Shown here: positions 28,473 through 32,000 of the stretch, piece by piece
Numbering within the stretch: position 1 is the first letter of the stretch
Layout of the letters: the number at the start of each line of letters is the position of its first letter
From: Candidatus Saganbacteria bacterium
GTDB taxonomy: Bacteria; Margulisbacteria; WOR-1; JAKLHX01
NCBI GenBank assembly: GCA_026387835.1
Contig: JAPLKZ010000004.1
Location: 92,983 to 124,982, forward strand
Reading direction: 5' to 3'
Length of the DNA: 32,000 nt
The notes under the pieces: generated by a model
What the model was told of the DNA's origin: nothing
Databases searched by the model: none
Seen by the model: the letters and a program-made list of their open reading frames with translations, nothing else
Position numbers and translations under genes: made by a program

Positions 28473-29684
28473 TTACTGCGGCGGCAGCCAGATCTCGTTA
28501 GTACTACAATGTATACCGCCGTGTATGCCCAGGCCGAACATCCCGAAAGGTATTGAACTGACTTCGACCCTGATCCCCGCATTACGGAGCACCTCGATAG
28601 TCCTTTTAGCGGCGGAATCCACATAAACTCCTCCTCCTGGAAGAGGAAGAGAGTTTGCCGGAAGGCTGTCTTCATCAGGCAAGAGACCAAATTTGCTGGG
28701 GTTTATCTGCTTTACTATTTGATCGAGAAATCTTTTGTTCGCTTCATAATACGGTTCCATGAAAAAAACGGCATTTTCAACAGGTAAATATAGAATATTG
28801 AAATCCGAATGATCGCTCGGTATTAAAAACCTTCTTTTCGTTCCGATCTTGTCCAGTATTTCCGGCGGAAAAGCGTCCATGAACCCTGACGGGACTACGA
28901 ACGGTTTTATCCCTAAAGCGCTTAGCTTGCTGCTTATTGACCGGACATATTGACCTATTACACTTCTTGAGACCGGCGCATTTTTTTCTTCAGGAGGCAT
29001 CCAGGGTTCGCAGATAAACGCGAACTTGTCCCCTATTGTCGTTACGCCTTGATGCCCCAGTTCTGCCGGCTGAATTTTCAAGCCTTTTGCCCAATTCAAT
29101 AGACCGCTTAGATCGTTCCGCCGGAATTTGGGCGTCACGTATAAAGTATCTGCTATTTGCACAAAATTATCGCGCAGGAACTTTATTTTCAGCATGGGCT
29201 TGCGTTGATCGCTTATATGAACGATATCTTGTTCGCGGATCCCGATATCTTTTGCCTCATTTATCACATTCGAACCGAAATATTCATAGATCTTGGGATC
29301 CGGCGCAAGCAACCCGATCCTGTAGCCTAATGAGATCAGGTCCTGCATTAGAACTTTTTTTGCTTTTCCCCATGCCTCTTTCCGGCTGAATATCTGCTCC
29401 ATAAAAGCTAATGCTATTCTTCCGTTTTCAATATAAAAAGTATTTCCGTCCAGTGTTATTCCGTCCCTGTATATACGCCTGTCGACCGTTTGCGCGATCT
29501 GTATTATCTTCGCGCCTTTTACTCTTGCCTCAAACTCTTCGACCACTTGATTGACAGGTATATGCAGTCCGAATTCCCTGGATACCGCTCTTTCAATTGT
29601 CCTTGCAGCCTCGGGCTTGCAGGTAAAATCGGAAGGTGTGGTAATTATTACCGGTTTGTATCCGCGAATGATCCTGTTTATCAT
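28473..29684 (-). CDS. Amidinotransferase/arginine-deiminase-fold (guanidine-modifying superfamily) protein
   Basis: C-terminal GMFGLGIHGGIHCSTNEIWLP resembles the terminal catalytic-Cys motif GGxHCxTN. Internal SDHSDFNILYLP. 403 aa. Confidence 0.6.
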   Translation of the reverse strand: MINRIIRGYKPVIITTPSDFTCKPEAARTIERAVSREFGLHIPVNQVVEEFEARVKGAKIIQIAQTVDRRIYRDGITLDGNTFYIENGRIALAFMEQIFSRKEAWGKAKKVLMQDLISLGYRIGLLAPDPKIYEYFGSNVINEAKDIGIREQDIVHISDQRKPMLKIKFLRDNFVQIADTLYVTPKFRRNDLSGLLNWAKGLKIQPAELGHQGVTTIGDKFAFICEPWMPPEEKNAPVSRSVIGQYVRSISSKLSALGIKPFVVPSGFMDAFPPEILDKIGTKRRFLIPSDHSDFNILYLPVENAVFFMEPYYEANKRFLDQIVKQINPSKFGLLPDEDSLPANSLPLPGGGVYVDSAAKRTIEVLRNAGIRVEVSSIPFGMFGLGIHGGIHCSTNEIWLPPQ

Positions 29685-29890
29685 AATTGTAGTCCTAATT
29701 AACTTTCGTCAGAATCTTGATGAAATTTCATTGCTATTCTCCTTTTAGTTGTCAGTTTACTGTTTACCCCTGCATACTATCTTTATTATCTATTTCTTTA
29801 CTTATTTATGCCTTATTTACGGTTTGCAAGTATTTCTCGTGTTATCCCGATATATATTTACATATAGGCTTATAGGCCTGGAGAGATCAT

Positions 29891-30763
29891 ATGAAAAACA
29901 CGACAATTGATTATTTAAAATGGATACTCGAAGAGATAAACGCCTCTCTTGAGATGAACCCTTTTACCAGGCAATTGTACTCTCCGTTTGCCGTCGATGA
30001 AATAGTCGAAAAAGACGGCACCCTGGCACAGACCGAAAGGCTTCTCGTCGCCTCCGAGGTCTACCGCTGGGTGATGGGCGGCAAGTGGCGCCTTCTTGAC
30101 CTTGAACATCTGATAAAGACCCAGAGAGGCCACCTTGATTTTGACAAGAAGACGATAAAGCAGGATATAAAGCATCTTATAGACCAGCAGGACCTGCTTA
30201 ACGAGGACGTCCTCCAGATGGTCCTTCTGCTCACCGGGATAGATAAAAGGATAGTCGAGAACGCGAAGTACGTGATACAGAATAAATTCTTCATAACGGC
30301 GAACCCGAACAAGCTGTGGTCTTCTATCGGTTACTATGACATGAAAAATAAAAGTATCCATGTGAGCACCGGGGGAAAAGCAAAGGACGGAAAGTATAAA
30401 TTCCCCGTGGAAGATGTGATAGAAACAGCGGCCCACGAGCTCGGCCATCATATCTATATCTCAATGATCTCGGGAAAGTTCAAGACACCCAAAGGCACCA
30501 TAAGAAAGATCAGGGGCATGCTGAAAGGTGTCAAAACATCGAAAAATGACCTGGAGCATAATCAATGGCTTAAGTTCTACAAAGAGGACTACGAATCAGA
30601 CTGGCGGAGTAACAAAGCGGTTCAGATAGTGCCGGTCGAGGCTTACGTGAAATACGGCATCGAGAACGAATTATTCGCCCAGACTATCAGCGGCAAGACG
30701 ACCATTTCAAAGAGCAAAAGAAAACAACTGATAAAACTGATAAACGAAAGCTGCATCTTTTAA
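29891..30763 (+). CDS. Putative zincin-like metalloprotein with HELGHH motif
   Basis: AAHELGHHIYISM is HExxH. SD GGAGAG precedes the ATG. No recognisable remaining domain. Confidence 0.6.
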   Translation: MKNTTIDYLKWILEEINASLEMNPFTRQLYSPFAVDEIVEKDGTLAQTERLLVASEVYRWVMGGKWRLLDLEHLIKTQRGHLDFDKKTIKQDIKHLIDQQDLLNEDVLQMVLLLTGIDKRIVENAKYVIQNKFFITANPNKLWSSIGYYDMKNKSIHVSTGGKAKDGKYKFPVEDVIETAAHELGHHIYISMISGKFKTPKGTIRKIRGMLKGVKTSKNDLEHNQWLKFYKEDYESDWRSNKAVQIVPVEAYVKYGIENELFAQTISGKTTISKSKRKQLIKLINESCIF

Positions 30764-30785
30764 CCGCTTTTTAAAGCTAAAGCAA

Positions 30786-31559
30786 TTATTTTGAAATACC
30801 CTGTGTAGGAGAACTCGCGCTCGCGAACGGCTTTTTCGGCATCCTTCCGGAAAGGAAACTTTTCCTTCCGGCTTCGACCCCGAACCTCACCGCTTCGGCC
30901 ATCAAAGCAGGATATTGCGCTTCCGCGACAGCGGTATTGATCAGGCACGCATCGGCGCCGGTCTCCATCGCGAGAGCCGCGTCGGACGCGCAGCCGATCC
31001 CGCTGTCAACGACTACAGGCACCGTAATGAACTGCCTGAGGACTTTAATTTTGTCGAAGTTTGGGACTCCCTGGCCCGAGCCGATAAATGAGCCTCCCGG
31101 CATTACGGTCGCGCAGCCGATCTCCTGGAGTTTTTTTGCGACGGTAAAATCATCGGTGGTATAAGGAAGAACGACAAAACCTTCTTCGATAAGTATCTTT
31201 GCCGCTTCGATGGTTGCGACCGGGTCAGGTACAAGATATTTTTGGTCGGCGATGACTTCGAGTTTCACCCAGTTCGTCAGCCCTGCTGCTTTTGCCAGCC
31301 GCGCTATCCTTACAGCTTCATCAACGCTGTAACAGCCCGCGGTATTCGGCAGGATAAAATATTTTTTTCGGTCGATGTGATCCAGCAGGGTCTTCTCGCC
31401 TGTATTTTCCAGGCTGACCCTTCTGACAGCGACGGTGACGATCTCGCAGCCCGACGCGTCAAGAGCTTCTTTCATAATCTCGAAAGTCTTGTATTTGCCC
31501 GTGCCCAGCATCAGCCTGGAGCGGAATTCTCTTCCGGCTATTACCAGATTGTTTTTCAT
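30786..31559 (-). CDS. thiG: Thiazole synthase
   Basis: LIIAGREFRSRLMLGTGKY-type start, NTAGCYSVDEAVRIARLAKAAG, VMPGGSFIGSGQGVPN, VVDSGIGCASDAALAMETGADACLINTAVAEA. Confidence 0.96.
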   Translation of the reverse strand: MKNNLVIAGREFRSRLMLGTGKYKTFEIMKEALDASGCEIVTVAVRRVSLENTGEKTLLDHIDRKKYFILPNTAGCYSVDEAVRIARLAKAAGLTNWVKLEVIADQKYLVPDPVATIEAAKILIEEGFVVLPYTTDDFTVAKKLQEIGCATVMPGGSFIGSGQGVPNFDKIKVLRQFITVPVVVDSGIGCASDAALAMETGADACLINTAVAEAQYPALMAEAVRFGVEAGRKSFLSGRMPKKPFASASSPTQGISK

Positions 31560-32000
31560 TTAAATATCCTGCGCATCCTCTTAACAGCGGAAGCCGGGTC
31601 TTTTGCAGCTACTGCCGCGCGTATCACTGCGACACGCTTTGCTCCCGCGGCGATTACAACTTTAATATTATCCTCATTTATACCGCCGATGGCAACCACA
31701 GGGACTTTGACCGACTTTAGAACTTTCTTCAATACTTCTATACCTAAAGGTTTTGTATCCGGTTTTGAAGGCGTTGAAAAGACCGGACCCAGGCTGATGT
31801 AATCCGCGCCGCTTTTTGCGCCTGTTATTGCCTGGTCAAAACTGTGACTTGACAGGCCTATGATCTTTCCGCTTCCAAGCAGCTTTCTCGCGACCGGCAC
31901 GGGAACATCATCCTGCCCCAGATGAACACCATCCGCGTCTATAGCAAGGCAGACATCGATATAATCGTTCACGATAAAAGTTACTCCAGCCCTCTTGCAC
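31556..32000 (-). CDS. thiE: Thiamine-phosphate synthase, N-terminus beyond the window edge
   Basis: Frame continues upstream of the track start: CKRAGVTFIVNDYIDVCLAIDADGVHLGQDDVPV. Also YISLGPVFSTPSKPD, VAIGGIN. Confidence 0.92.
   Translation of the reverse strand, partial: CKRAGVTFIVNDYIDVCLAIDADGVHLGQDDVPVPVARKLLGSGKIIGLSSHSFDQAITGAKSGADYISLGPVFSTPSKPDTKPLGIEVLKKVLKSVKVPVVAIGGINEDNIKVVIAAGAKRVAVIRAAVAAKDPASAVKRMRRIFK

Noticed and set aside
30764-30785. GCTTTTTAAAGC palindrome between the HELGHH gene and thiG as a bidirectional terminator.
   Set aside because: The stem is only 5 bp, AT-rich, with a 2-nt loop and no solid T tract. Insufficient support.
1-32000. Search for CRISPR arrays, transposases, integrases, toxin-antitoxin pairs, BGCs or defence islands.
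   Set aside because: No regularly spaced repeats with unique spacers and no IS or recombinase ORFs were seen. The only short regulatory-like ORF (RHH) has no toxin partner. The window is predominantly housekeeping genes.

Overview
The window is mostly ordinary, gene-dense bacterial chromosome, mainly minus-strand operons. The organism was not determined. Main content: (i) three small exported or outer-membrane-like proteins at the left end; (ii) a short RHH-like ORF and a GIY-YIG protein; (iii) a complete kdpFABCDE potassium-uptake locus, including kdpF and an extra 37-aa membrane ORF, both missing from the ORF track; (iv) tRNA-Gln(CTG); (v) an S23/IVS-type four-helix-bundle gene bracketed by TTAGTCATTAG-type repeats; (vi) nadB; (vii) an RluE-like pseudouridine synthase, an R3H/AAA ATPase, an HU-family protein, porGDAB, a Yip1-like protein, recR, ebfC, dnaX, alr and a sensor kinase; (viii) an I42 (chagasin-like) inhibitor and leuCDB; (ix) an amidinotransferase/deiminase-fold protein and an HELGHH zincin-like protein; (x) thiG and a partial thiE. 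I found no CRISPR array, prophage, transposase or recognisable defence system. The best candidates for a second look are the repeat-flanked four-helix-bundle cassette (10945-11466), the unannotated membrane micro-ORF plus an 11-bp-phased direct repeat upstream of kdp, the apparently leaderless and possibly autoregulated RHH gene, and the pseudouridine synthase whose conserved N-terminus lies upstream of every canonical in-frame start codon.
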